Below, in pieces: positions 36,473 through 49,773 of a stretch of DNA of 64,000 nt. Both the position numbers and the translations under genes were made by a program. The stretch's first letter is position 1, and every line of letters begins with the position of its first letter. The notes below the pieces were generated by a model, which was not told the DNA's origin, ran no database searches, and was given only the letters and a program-made list of their open reading frames with translations. Source of the DNA: Tubiluchus corallicola (Eukaryota > Animalia > Priapulida); assembly GCA_030141605.1 (NCBI GenBank), contig JAQGDQ010000356.1, positions 172,346-236,345 on the forward strand, written 5' to 3'.

Positions 36473-36944
36473 TGCATACATTGTTTTTACTGTCACTTTT
36501 GTGTCACTTGCTATGTGGGTTTGACTACGCACCAAAAAATAAACATTATTTCAGACCAAATAAGTGATAAGCAATATACGTCCCCTATGTAACATTATAA
36601 ATATTGACGTAAGCTTTTAGTGTGTAGTCGAGGCAAGTTTCAAAGCCACCTTGTCATTTTATTTTGTTACTGTTTATTTACCTTGTTAAGCACAGTGGCA
36701 ACTAAAGCAAGAACAAACAAACAAACAAGCTAAGTTCAGCTTTACTTATTTGATTAATTAACTTGATAATTTACTAATAGATTCTCCTTGAAAAGTAGAA
36801 ATGTTGGAAAGTAGCCACAGAAAATGACTGCAGTCACAGCATTGTTAATTCAAATTTATAATTAACTTAGAAAACTGTAGTTTTTTTATTATAAATAATT
36901 GCTGAGATCCTCATTGTTTACATTTACCTAAAGTGGCACAGTGT

Positions 36945-37072
36945 AGATTAGATAAGATTAGATTAGATCAGATTTAGTTTAGTTAGATTAGATTACATTT
37001 AGATTACAATAGGTTAGATTATCTCAGATTAGATTAGACTAGATTAGACCAGACCAGATTAGATTAGATTAT
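36945..37072. repeat. Imperfect (GATTA)n microsatellite
   Basis: agattagattag runs. Confidence 0.85.
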
Positions 37073-37734
37073 TTCAGCATAAAGGCCAAACAAAAACCAT
37101 AAAAACATGACATCACATTACAATAAAATAATAAAATAAAAGTCACACTAAAAACACTACTGCTTATTATACATTTACATAAAAGATCATTCACAGCTAT
37201 CAGGTTTGACGATGTTTATTTACAAACAAACTTTTATTCCACATCTTAAAATAACAAGATTGTATGATTCGTACAGAGCTGACAATTAATAAGACGTTTA
37301 TTGTTCACAAGTTCTAGTAATGGTTTTCTTATACTGCAGCAGGCTTTCCTGTAAAGGTGGGGAAAATGTGGAAATGCTAAATTTACACACTTGTCAGAAG
37401 CAGTACAATCACATAGTAATTTAAAACAGTTTCCTGATACGGTTCCTAAACGCATCGCGTATTTTGTCAAAGACGCTACTGTCAACTTTCGTCCATAATG
37501 ACGTACAATAAAAATTACGACAAAAACTATTAAAAACACGTAACAGGAAACGGAACGAGAATTTTCTAATTAATTAATGAGTTAATATGTGCATAGAAAA
37601 GATGAGTTTGATTTTTGATATCCGCGTTATCAGATAAATCAGAATAAATTACGTGGTTTAATTCTTGTCGACTAACGCTTGTTGAGTATCTGTGACAGTA
37701 TAAAATGGGGATAGAATGCATGATACCAATGATC

Positions 37735-38185
37735 ATTTTAAAATAAAATTCCCCGATTTTTCCCAGATCAAATATTGATTTTCCATGACCAAGATCAGCA
37801 GAAATTGCATTACCAGTAAATATTCAAACATTCCTACATATACTGATGTATAATGTGCCGGCACAGTTGCAGTAGTGCTAACAAAATTACACTGATCACA
37901 TTAAATAAATTTTCTTAATACAATCATTATTTTTGGAACAGAATCGAAACTGGGAGCCTGTCATAGCAAAATTTTATTTGAACACGAATTTTATTTGAAC
38001 AAAAACATCGGTTCACGGTGACTATTTTTGCAACCCTTTCCAATTTCCCTGACTTTTCGCCCCATTTTCCTCATTCTCCCTGACTTTTTACCAAATTATC
38101 CTTTTCCCTGACTTTTCCATGACCTTCCAGGACAGTGTGTATTTTCAAGGATTTTCCAGGATTATCCCCGACCGTGGGAACCCTG
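37735..38185. mobile_element. hAT-like MITE (CAGGGTTCCCAC-type end)
   Basis: Right end accgtgggaaccctg; repeated ttccctgacttt/ttccatgacc subterminal motifs; left end decayed. Confidence 0.55.
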
Positions 38186-38602
38186 TCACAGGAACTGAAT
38201 GAGCACCGCTTATGAGTCGTTACATTTAAATCAATTCACAAAAACCCGCAGGCACTCGAGAAGCAAATTTTAGATAGCAGTTGAGAGAGCCTAGAGCAAT
38301 TTAAAAACTCTCAATTTGCAAGCTACCCGCTGTGCGTGTGCGATTTTCCACCATCTGAATAGAGGCAGGATTTAATAAACTGCATCCTGCGTTGAATGCC
38401 TTCACAAGGCTGGCTTCAGGAAGCCAGCCGAGTTGCAAATTCAGCCTCCTGTAAGAAAAATTACCCATTCAGCATTGCTGCTGTACGAGGCTCATCAAAG
38501 AGCCTAAAGATTGCTAAACGAGAGGAGAGAAAATTCTCTGCCTCCGCATCTGCCTGCTCTAATGATGACTACAAAGACAATCTTATTGGATGAATATACG
38601 AG

Positions 38603-38985
38603 ATTATCACAATCACGCGTACGAACAATCAGCTACAGCCTACATAATCATGAAATTACATCCTGGAAAAGGGTAGTGAGAAAAACAATGACAACATACG
38701 ACATTATCACAATCACGCCTACGAACAATCAGCTACAGCCTACATAATCATGAAATTACATCGTGTAAAAGGGTAGTGAGAAAAACAATGGCAACATACG
38801 ACATTATCACAATCACGCGTACGAACAATCAGCTACAGCCTACATAATCATGAAATTACATCGTGGAAAAGGGTAGTGAGAAAAACAATGGCAACATACG
38901 ACATTATCACAATCAGCTGCAGCCTACATAATCATGAAATTACATCGGGTAAAAAAGGGTAGTGAGAAAGACAATGGCAACACAT
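38603..38985. repeat. 100-bp tandem repeat x ~3.8
   Basis: attatcacaatc at 38603, 38703, 38803, 38903. Confidence 0.93.
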
Positions 38986-39034
38986 TCGCAAAACATGGTC
39001 GAAATAATAAAAAAAGACGAAATCGAAAGTGGAA

Positions 39035-39315
39035 TTAAAGCACAAGAAACCCCTCAAGTTACATAAAGCTTAAAAAGTTCGTCTTGAAATTTTATATACC
39101 CTTATATACTGCCCTTTTGCATACAGGGCTTGCGTCGGCAGTAACGCTGCATAAAATATGTAATTTTATGCGCTCATATGCTGCCTTTTTGCATGCAGGG
39201 CTTGCGTCGACAGTAACGTTGTATAAAATATGTAAATTTAAACTCCCGCGATGACCATTAGACGCAGCCATTCTGACGATAAGTCATTAGAAACAAATTT
39301 AGATAAGATTGAGCA
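39035..39315 (+). mobile_element. Family C Kolobok-like 5' fragment with an internal duplication
   Basis: ttaaagcacaagaaacccctc...; ctgcc.ttttgcat.cagggcttgcgtcg.cagtaacg x2. Confidence 0.65.
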
Positions 39316-39546
39316 ACCTCTTTTCCCTGGCGCTTCTTATCTTCGGAACTGCTTTCCCGAAAACTGCAAGCTGCCCGATTGAACAAAGACAACAATAATT
39401 ACTGTTTGTTACCAACAAATTACTCACAATAATTCTGTCTGTCTTCCTGGACATGTAGTTACACTTTCACCCTTCTAATGCACTCCCTTACTATGGAGTG
39501 GTCATTGTTTTTTAGATGTGATTTGGGCACATAAAAGTCACTAGGT

Positions 39547-40105
39547 TTAAAGGAAAGGTCAAGCCTTCTAGGAGGTTAGGTTTATTTCAATGTTCACGAA
39601 AAATGTTACAAGGATTTAGCAATAAAACAGCAATAAGCGCCTCGTGTAATTAGTAAAATCACTTTAAAGTCGAGATCATTTCATGCGTGGGCGTTCCCAT
39701 TTTCAATGCCCATTCTTCTTCCAATGATGTCATTCGTCTTGAAGAAAAGTAGCGCACTGTTAATCTTCGCCAAAAGTATGATAAGTCTTTACAAAAAAAA
39801 TAGATAGCTAATTTTGTAATAAATTTGCGTAAACATTAGGCAAGCTGTAGACGTTTGAATTAGTTTAAGCAGCGCGCGCTTACGGAAAGCCACGATGCGC
39901 TTACGAAAAGTCACGAAGTCTCCCAGTTACGTCATGATTTTCAAGTGAATGGCGGCAACCGCCACACCTGAAAATTTCTATTCGGAAGTGATGTATTTTA
40001 AATTTATGCTTTATAGGCAGTTCTTTGTAAATTTCTTTGTTATATTTTTCTAAATTTAAGTGATAACAGTAAAATATCCCCAACATACAAAGTGACTTCT
40101 TCTTT
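39547..40105 (+). mobile_element. Kolobok-like family A, 3' TIR damaged
   Basis: TTAA|AGGAAAGGTCAAG; colinear with 35927-36472. Confidence 0.82.
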
Positions 40106-40584
40106 TGTTTGAGCAAACAAGACCAAATTTTCTCATAAAATTCAGACAGTAATGATCATCTGATTCTAACTTGACGCATAAAAGTCAAAAATTGAATTTA
40201 AAACAACGACTGGCGGCGTGAACGGGAAAAAACATCATCAGATCACATTACGACGAGTGATTTGCTTATCCAAGCAGAAAATTAGTTTCAAGTAGCTGAT
40301 TCTGAATTCACAAAAACTCAGTAGTCAATACCTCTACAGCAGCTGCAAGCAGCTTTCTGTATTTTACAAAACAGAACGTACATTGAACCACTACATTAAC
40401 TACATTATTGGTATCAGCCATTTCCGTATCCGTTGTCGTAGTTCGGAATTAGATTATGCGATGTTACACATGCAGAAGTCTAAGCAAATGTTTGCATTCG
40501 TCTGCCATGCATTACCGCAGATGGGTAATTGAAATCCAGGCGACTGTAAATCGGGCTGTATTCGCTCAAGCAATTGCTGTCCCA

Positions 40585-40910
40585 CCAATGAGTCCCTCGA
40601 TGGCTCAGTTGGTACAGGACTTGCCTTGTAAGCAAGAAGCCCCAAGTTCAAGTCTGGGAACAAGTCATTAAGTATACCTTTAAAGATTAAAAAAAACAAA
40701 TGCTCTCCAATGAGTCTGTTGATGGCTCAGTTAATAGAGGACTTGCCTTGTAACCAAGAAGCCCCAAGTTCAAGTCCAGGAAACAAATCGTTAAGTATAC
40801 CTTCAAAGATTAAAAAAGAAATGCTCTCCAATGAATACATTGATGGCTCAGTTTGTAGAGGATTTGCCTTGTAAGCAGGAGCCATTAGGTTCAAGTCCTA
40901 GCTGGCTTAG
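40585..40910 (+). repeat. Three tandem tRNA-Thr(TGT)-like SINE heads, ~121-bp period
   Basis: Each has gatggctcagtt (A box), cttgc-cttgtaa-gcaag (anticodon arm, TGT) and gttcaagtc (B box); acceptor stems do not pair. Confidence 0.75.
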
Positions 40911-41416
40911 GACAGTTTTGGCTACTTTCTTTCCTCACCAATTGTGGGAACTAAGACTTCTGCATGTACAATAGTAACGAAGTATATAAATATAAATTTT
41001 CAATTCGAAACCAGACTTGAAAAGAAACAAAGGACTAAAATGCTGAGTTTGTAAATCAAAGATACTTGGTTCAAATCCAACCTCAGGTTGTATTTTTGGC
41101 AAAATTTGTTTTTAAAGGTTTAATCAATGTGGGTTTATTGCATCAATGTCAAAATGGTACAGGAATATGGAAATTACATTCAAGAATTTACAACAAAACA
41201 ATTATATTTCCCTGACAACAAGTAATAGACCTCAATCTGTGCTTTTATAAATAACAGTGACCATTCAATTCTCTTATTGTGGAATCCAACTGACCACTAT
41301 GACTTTAAACAAAAGAAAAAATTGGCTAAAATAGACATGACGGCTGCAGCAAATTTCTGGAAAACAATAGCCGTGACCGTTAGATATCAAAATTCAATAC
41401 GATGGGCAAATTGTAG

Positions 41417-42903
41417 CTACCTCTGTAGTCAATACGGCTGTCACAGTACCTACCTCTGTAGTCAATACGGCTGTCACAGTACCTACCTCTGTAGTCAATA
41501 CGGCTGTCACAGTACCTACCTCTGTAGTCAATACGGCCGTCGCAGTACCTAACCCTGTAGTCAAAACGGCTGTCGCAGTACCTAACCCTGTAGTCAAACG
41601 GCTGTCGCAGTACCTAACCATGTAGTCAATACGGCCGTCGCAGTACCTAACCCTGTAGTCAATACGGCCATCGCAGTACCTAACCCTGTAGTCATTACGG
41701 CCGTCGCAGTACCTAACCCTGTAGTCAATACGGCCGTCGCAGTACCTAACCCTGTAGTCAATACGGCTGTCACAGTACCTAACCCTGACGTCAACAGGAC
41801 CATCGCAGTACCTACCCCTGAAGTCAATAGGACCATCGTAGTACCTACCCCTGAAGTCAATAGGACCATCGCAGTACCTACCCCTGAAGTCAATAGGACC
41901 ATCGTAGTACCTACCCCTGACCTCAATAGGACTATCGCAGTACCTACCCCTGTAGTCAATACGGCCGTCGCAGTACCTAACCCTGTAGTCAATACGGCCG
42001 TCGCAGTACCTATCCCTGTAGTCAATACGGCCGTCACAGTACCTAACCCTGTAGTCAATACGGCCGTCGCAGTACCTAACCCTGTAGTCAATACGGCCTT
42101 CACAGTACCTAACCCTGTAGTCAATACGGCCGTCGCAGTAGCTACCCCTGTAGTCAATACAGCCGTCGCAGTACCTAACCCTGTAGTCAATACGACTGTC
42201 GCAGTACCTAACCTTGTAGTCAATACGGCCGTCACAATACCTACCTCTGTAGTCAATACGGCCGTCGCAGTACCTACCCCTATAGTCAATACGGCCGTCG
42301 CAGAACCTAACCCTGTAGTCAATACGGCCGTCGCAGTACCTACCCCTGTAGTCAAAACGGCCGTCGCAGTACCTAACCCTGTAGTCAATACGGCCGTCGC
42401 AGTACCTAACCCTGTAGTCAATACGGCCGTCGCAGTACCTAACCCTGTAGTCAATACGGCCGTCGCAGTACCTAACCCTGTAGTCAATACGGCCGTCGCA
42501 GTACCTAACCCTGTAGTCAATACGGCCGTCGCAGTACCTAACCCTGTAGTCAATACGGCCGTCGCAGTACCTAACCCTGTAGTCATTACGGCCCTCGCAG
42601 TACCTATCCCTGTAGTCAATTTGGCCGTCGCAGTACCTAACGCTGTAGTCAATAGGACCATCGCAGTACCTACCCCTGAAGTCAGTAGGACCATCGCAGT
42701 ACCTACCCCTGAAGTCAATAGGACCATCGTAGTACCTACCCCTGAAGTCAATAGGACCATCGCAGTACCTACCCCTGAAGTCAATAGGACCATCGCAGTA
42801 CCTACCCCTGAAGTCAATAGGACCATCGCAGTACCTACCCCTGAAGTCAATAGGACCATCGTAGTACCTACCCCTGAAGTCAATAGGACCATCATAATAC
42901 CTA
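41417..42903. repeat. CpG-rich minisatellite, 33 bp x ~45, two variants in A-B-A-B blocks
   Basis: A gtagtcaatacggccgtcgcagtacctaaccct; B gaagtcaataggaccatcgcagtacctacccct. Confidence 0.96.
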
Positions 42904-43325
42904 CATATGACAAGAACATATGAGCCACTTCGTATGCGTAGAAATTGATCGATAATGAATGCTGAATTGAAGCATGGGTAGCAAATTAATGTCTTGAATG
43001 CCACTATTTATTCTCTAATCATACAGCTAGGATCAAATTGTTTCATCAGCCTCTTTGTGGGACAATGTCAAACCAGTAACCTCTTCAGTAACCATTCGAC
43101 GTCAATAGTTCAGTACGTAGATCGAGTCAAAACACAAACACATTAAAACATTTCGTTGTACAAACAAGCACGAGAGTTCAATTTCTGGAATTTCTGGATT
43201 AAGATTTGTCAAATTTCAGTCACAGCACTATCAAATACCAGTTTTTTTTAAACCATACCTCATATTTAAACTTGTATTTCATTTAATATTTTACATTATA
43301 CCTCATTCCACAATGATGAAATAAT

Positions 43326-43476
43326 AAGCCTTTTCATAGTTCAAGCAATTGATGATGATCGTGAAAAGGTCAAAGGTTAAGTGTATCAGACAACACATTT
43401 GTGTACACTTGATAACACATTGCAGCTGAAGCTACTGAAATGCACGTAGTGACAGTTTTAGCAGCTAGCTAGAATC
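43326..43476 (-). mobile_element. Family B MITE terminal fragment
   Basis: taa|gccttttcatagttc..ttgatgatgatcgtgaaaaggtcaaaggttaagtgta. Confidence 0.65.
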
Positions 43477-43720
43477 TCTCTATTCTGCATCTAGGTAAGG
43501 GGTATTTCAGATAGTGGTGAGTACTATTTGTATGAGTATGAGCCATCTGGCTATAGAGTGGATTTTATTATTAGGATTTGGAATTAATAAGAACAACTTT
43601 TTGCAAGAATTATGGCGACGGTTAAATAAAGGCTGAAGATTAGAGCATTTGCATAGTTTTTATTTGGAAAAATTATTTTCAATGAGCGCTTTTGAACTGT
43701 TTCTAACAAATCAGAGAGAT

Positions 43721-43767
<47 letters not shown>

Positions 43768-43990
43768 TGACACACCTGACATTTTATCATATCATTAGAA
43801 GATGTCCCAGCTCTTTTCGTTAGTCGCAAGAGATCAGTTCTTTTACTGGCTTTAGCATAAACTGAATGGACATGGATGTTCCACGTTAAATCTCGAGCTA
43901 TTTGTACACTTAAAAGTTTAACCGAATCAACTATTTTTACCTTCAAATTAGAGACGATAATAAGAGGAATATCAGGAGGCTGATTTACAT
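43472..43990 (-). mobile_element. CR1/L2-group LINE ORF2 3' fragment (region after the RT core), disrupted
   Basis: VKLL.V.I..DLTWN.HV..V.AKASKR, LSD.LETVQKRSLKIIFP and LPRCRIERF motifs typical of CR1/L2-type ORF2; (GA)n inside at 43724-43768. Confidence 0.8.
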
Positions 43991-46179
43991 ATAAAAGTGA
44001 ATCAAATTGATGTCACCTTTACTTATGCTAATGTGTGTCGTAACTGCATTAATATATCAGATTTGTATGGTATTTTATAAAATAGATTGAGCAAATGAAA
44101 TAGGACAAATTTTTATCACTGTAAATGTATCAACTAATCAATCAAGATGGATTACAACAGAACCCTTCCAAAGCTTATTAGCAATATACTCACACTAGTA
44201 ACACTACAGATTCAATAGCAACAACGCATCTTTCATTAGCGTTTATAGTCAATGAGAAATGGTTGACTTGGTCACCCAAGTGCAGCCTACACCAACTGGT
44301 GTTTCAGTAAACCTATTCGGTGTGAACAGGCTAGCTTCTTTGAAGCGCTTCGCGCCGAGGCCGCGTGACGTCAGAGGCACATAAACCTAGTTGCACAAAC
44401 AGGAATAAAAGCAACCTGCGACGATGGAAGAATAAATCAATTTAAATGATGTGAATTTTTATCGCGCAATGAAGCGAGTCTAATCAATAAAATCAGTTGT
44501 TAGTAGTGTTAAATCTGCGTCACAGTAAAAACTGAAAATTCACTGAGCTGGCGTGGAACATTCACGCGTAGAGTTTGTTTTCCAAAGATTTCCCACATTT
44601 AAAAATGCAAAATGTAAATCACTATTGATTAGCTGTACTTTTGATTCATTCATTTTTACTGAATTGTATTGCAAGTTTTGTAACTGTACATAGTATTGTT
44701 ATTGTGTGCGGTGTACTAATATCTACCATACTATTCGAGTATGTAATAAATAATAAATAAAATTATTTTAGGTATAGATGTTTTAGGTATTCTTTCCTTG
44801 TAAATGTATTTTATAGTTTTTTAAGGTGTTTTTCCTCGTAATTATTATTATAAATGTATTTTTATCGTGTATTTCTCTGTAGATGCATCTGTTGAAATTT
44901 GTAAACAATGTAGCGTAATCTACATAAAATGTGTATCTACAAATTGCAAAACTGCAAGATTCTATGTGATGTTTTTAGGTATCATTACGTATTATTATCC
45001 ATTAGAATGAAGCCAGAGCTTAAGAGAAGCACAACTTCTTTTTGAGGAAACAATTTATTTCAAGCTTTTGTTGTAACATTGTATGCCCAAACTAAATTTT
45101 GACAGTGAAAATGAAAACTGTTGTAAGCTTTCAATTCTATTCTTAACTGCCTTTTTTGTCAATACACTAGAGCTGTCGGTTCTACTGAGAAAACCATAAT
45201 CCAGATTACACGTGCGATGCTATAAAGATGACTCTATCTGCTAGATTATCATGAAATCCGTGCACGCGTTCTCAGCATCCGCATGGCTTTCCTCATCCCG
45301 AATAACGGCGAAGCCACACATAAACAAGGAAGCCAGTGTGTTGGTGATGACAGAGATAGGTCACGCTGATGACTGCATCAGGGTATGGATCATGTTGCAG
45401 CATATACAGTGTTGAGCAGACAGGCTCGGGCTAATTTAAGATCACCGTGTATTAACCTTGTCCAGCTGAAGACACGTGTGTAAGAGTTTGTGTTGTGTTC
45501 AGCCGAAGACATTTTCATAATAACACGTGTATTCAGTAGCTAAACTGTTAGGAGGCTGTTTCTGTTTCCGTGTTTACCATCACCCTGTCCCAGATTCTCA
45601 CCCCTCTTTTGCAAGGCTCTTCCAATGGCTTATGCCTTGGAAACTTTTATAATCATCATTATCATCGCCAGTTCGGCAAAAATTAGAACAAAATGTTTTT
45701 CAGTTACATTCTTTGTGCAATTCGACCCAGTGCAAACCGTAACCCAGTACTCAATGATAGGACCTACTTAATGTGGCAGGACTGGAACTTTCCTCATTAT
45801 CAAGATTAATACTTTAAGATGAGATTTTGAAATGCTTGCACCACCTCGTAAAACGGTACTGCATTGGCATCCCAGTGTGCACCACTGGCTCACCAAAAGC
45901 ATTTATCTTTTTACTGACGAGATACAGTATCTTATATTTTATATTTTTGCTTAGTAAGTAAAGCCAAGTAAAGAGTGCACAACGAATGTTCTGATTATTT
46001 TTTCAAAAAATGAGCAATGTTATCTAAACTTGTTTCAAACGGCTTACCATTAAAATGGCTGCATTTAATGGTTATATCACGGGAGTTCAAATTTACACGT
46101 TTTATACAGCGTTACTGCTAGAGCAAGCAAGATAGTGACCCAAAATTTCAAGACAAAATATCTTGTACTTTAATTTGTC

Positions 46180-46408
46180 AATAAACCCCTTCACAGTTCC
46201 AGCGATTGACGATAATCGTGAAACGCTACGCACATAATTAAGTAAAGTCCACGCAGAAGAACTGAAGTTACCGAACTGATGTTGCAGACGGCTTTGCTTT
46301 ACCCACACGTCACGTGACGGTTGTAGCTAAGACACGTTTTGCTGTGGTACAGTTGACCTTTAACCCACAGCAACTGCGCGTGCGCACAACGAAACTGTGA
46401 AAAGGCTT
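46180..46408 (-). mobile_element. Family B MITE copy, inverted, partial
   Basis: cagcaactgcgcgtgcgcacaacgaaactgtgaaaaggc|tta. Confidence 0.72.
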
Positions 46409-47250
46409 ATCACGAATGTATTATGTCTTCTTGTCTATTCAAGGACGAAAAAACTTGCTGACTCTCGAAAAGCAAATGGACGATGATTTTCGTAATTTCA
46501 AACAGATGCAACACACACAAGGCAAGATCAAAAGACGGTCACCAAAAATTCAGTAACATTTTCTCGAAATTAGGCATTCATACTAACGCCTGGCGCAAAC
46601 ACTAACACTTTTTATATAAAATAATAATGACAGACAATAAGAGAATTGTTTTGTTGTAGAAATAACTTCTGGAATTCCAGTCCTCTAGGGACAATTAGTT
46701 TATTGAAAACAAACGCTGTGAAATGATTATTCTGGCTTCCAGACAGCATCGTATTTTTCATTTCAAATGATTTTCTTCATCTGTAAATTTTGCGTAAAAT
46801 ACCTTCACGCGAGACAGCAAAGAGTTATATACATTGTAAGTGCCGTTATAAAGTAGATCAACTTTCAAAGTCAGCATTGTTATTCATAACTATGTGCACA
46901 GAAGCCATTTTACTGGAATTTTCCTGGATTTTCCCATTTCACTTTTTACACGACGACTGACTAGACAAAATTGTGCGAAAGAGCTTGGATACTGACTATA
47001 TTTGCACAATTTAGAACGAAATCGTATTTTCAAAAACTTGCGAATTCTTGTGAAGTTATACTTAATGCGAACGTTTTTATGTATTCTGAATCTTTTCCAT
47101 TAGTTCATAATGTAATTAAAGCCTAAACAGCAGCAACTTCATGTTAGACAGTTGAGTTGTATATATACAACTGTGTCAAGCTGTTCTTCACTGGTGGCTT
47201 TGGTATGTCAGTACTGAGCTTATATATATAAATTAACAGTCTCCATTCAG

Positions 47251-47880
47251 TTAAAGGAAACAGCAAGTCACTCACTACGTTGGGTTTATTTTGCTGTTAT
47301 CACTTAAACTGTTTGTGGTGTGCTAAAGGAAAGAACAAATCACTCAGTATGTTGGGTTTATTTTACTGTTATCACTTAAACTGTTTGTGGTGTGCTAAAG
47401 GAAAGAACAAGACACTCAGTATGTTGGGTTTATTTTACTGTATCACTTAAACTTAGAACTATATAACAAAGAAATTTGCAAAGAACTGCCTATAAAGCGT
47501 CGTGTTTGCTGCCACTCACTAGAAAATCATGACGTCACTGAGTGTTTGTTTTTGGTGAATCAGTGGTGCACACTGGACGTTGGGTTTATTTTACTGTATC
47601 ACTTAAACTTAGAACAATATGACAAAGAAATTTGCAAAGAACTGCCTATAAAGCGTCGTGTTTGCCGCCATTCACTTGAAAATCATGACGTCACTGAGTG
47701 TTTGTTTTTGGTGAATCAGTGGTGCACACTGGGATTGCGCTACAGTACCGTTTTAATAGGCGTCGCGAATACTTTAAATTATTAAAAATTTTCTTTTCCA
47801 ATTACATAAGTCTTTCAAACTGGCAAGCGTAATGCTAAGATGGAAAGTTCTTTAGCATATCATTAAATCCCCCCCTTTCT
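47251..47880. mobile_element. Composite: inverted family A end (triplicated terminus) fused to a family C fragment, junction duplicated (~177 bp x2)
   Basis: ttaaaggaaa..agtcactca.ta.gttgggtttatttt x3 with linker tgtttgtggtgtgc; gaaaatcatgacgtcactgagtgtttgtttttggtgaatcagtggtgcacactgg x2. Confidence 0.75.
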
Positions 47881-48457
47881 TCCTTATCCATGAATCATGA
47901 CTGAATATGCAAGTTCAATTATGACTATGGTAACATATAATATAGCTGTTATGAATTCATGATTCATGAGTTTTTCTTTATTTAACTAAACAAATTTTGC
48001 TCTTAGACAAATACACGGTGAGTTAGCACAGTAAGAAGTCTACATACTAAAAACAACTTGGCAACACTAGTTGGTTAATGGAATGCTGAAAGTGTGGCTA
48101 AGTACATCATTCAAAGAATAAGAAAGCCCTCCACTTACATAAAGCTTAAAAAATTCGTCTTGACATGTTACACCAATTACATACTACCCTTTTGCATATA
48201 ACGCTTGCGTCGGAAGTAACGCTGTATGCAACATGTAATCAACATATCAGCCTATGTAAGTAATGGGGCTCCATAATGACAGATTTCTTGATTCAAAATT
48301 TCAAAGCGAACACAAAGTTATATCACGTTATAACTAGTTCGACTTTTAGAAATTGGTAAAATTTCGTTATCTATGCAGTTAGGAAATGTAGTCTTTAATG
48401 CAGGAATTCTCCTTCATCAGAAACGACAATGAGAAATGCCAACTTTAATAAGAATCC

Positions 48458-48595
48458 AAGTAAAAAGTCATAGGTAAAAAGTCATAAGAAAAAAAGTCAC
48501 AGGAAAAAACTCTAGCCCAAACCCTGACCCTAGAATTGTGACTTTTTCTATTGACTTTTTTCGGGATTTTTTTCCTGTGGCTTTCTGGTCACATA
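48458..48595. mobile_element. Small foldback-type element with inverted aaaaagtca subrepeats around a cctaaccc-like centre
   Basis: aaaaagtcatagg/aaaaagtcacagg on the left; tgtgactttttc/tgacttttttc/cctgtggcttt on the right. Confidence 0.55.
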
Positions 48596-48873
48596 TAATA
48601 CGTAGTACAAGACTTTATTCACTGACACTTATATGAAACCGCTCAACATACGGTGGAAAAAATGAGTTTTTTTAAACGGCTTACCAAGGAATCAGATTTG
48701 TTTTTAAAAGGGACAAAACAGGGGATTGCTGGTACATGAAAGTAAAGCACAACGTGCTTGGTTTTTTAATAAGAGAAAAAATATACATTAATTAATTAGA
48801 CTTAGTCATTCCTTATTACATTTAATCGAACGCTTTACAGCACGATATTTTGCTAAAAGCGACGAATATCAAC

Positions 48874-49068
48874 AAACTGCGCATGCTCTAAGTGGCAACA
48901 CCAATAAACTGCGTATGTTGCACGTGGCAACACCAATAAACTGCGCATGTTGCACGTGGCAACACCAATAAACTGCGCATGTTGCACGTGGCAACACCAA
49001 TAAACTGCGCATGGTGTACGTGGCAACACCAATAAACTGCGCATGGTGTACGTGGCAACACTAATAAA
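48874..49068. repeat. 32-bp x6 tandem repeat
   Basis: aataaactgcgcatgttgcacgtggcaacacc. Confidence 0.93.
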
Positions 49069-49773
49069 GTGCACTAAAAACACATTCTTTATTTGTCATG
49101 TATTTTTAAATTTTCATGAATACAGCAACATATAAAGACTTGTGCATTTCTACTCCAAACTAAGCTGAAATATATTTTCAACCAGATTTTGGTAAGAACA
49201 GCTATTTGTGAATGAAACGGAAACAAGATTTGTTAAAGTCTAGTTACTGTATAAACCTTTGCAGCATTTAAAGATTACCGTATGTAATGCACTGCACAAT
49301 ACACTTTCAATAGGACTATTGACAAGCATTAATCCAGGGACCAGAAATTATAAAAACATCTCCTAAGCACGAAAAGTGGATTCTGTCTAGATTTCATTGG
49401 CATGTACACCTACAGAAAATCGTACTCAATCAGTCTATAGAGAGATTGATTTCTACACACTAATGTGGCTAATGCGGCACATTGAAAAGGCCACGACTAC
49501 AGATTCTAAAGAGAAAAATGAAATGGAAGCGACAGACGAGGGCGCCGCAATCAATAAAGAAAGTTTACGGGATCTGCCACACCAAATGATCACTAAATCC
49601 ACGGGGCGTAATAAAGACATGATAGTTCTGTTTTTTACGTCTCATCAATTTGATTTAAGTGCTGAGGAAAGCAAAAACTGGGAAAGCAATAGGTTTATCA
49701 CAAGTGCAGGTACTCAGGGCTTATGATGGCGTGTTAAACATTAAAAACAACAGAAATCAAAAGCATGCTTTCT

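Noticed and set aside
40585-40910. Functional tRNA-Thr gene cluster
   Set aside because: Acceptor stems do not pair and the copies carry arm-disrupting changes; better explained as SINE heads or pseudogenes.
41394-43004. 536-aa and 444-aa repeat proteins (RYCDGRIDYRV; antifreeze-like TATAVLTTGLG)
   Set aside because: Two overlapping frames of one 33-bp array; a 1-nt deletion near 41596 shifts the frame; no exon evidence.
48360-48430. Minus-strand ctgatgaaggagaattcct as a hammerhead ribozyme
   Set aside because: Stem II is followed by GCAT rather than GAAA, and no stem I/III could be built.
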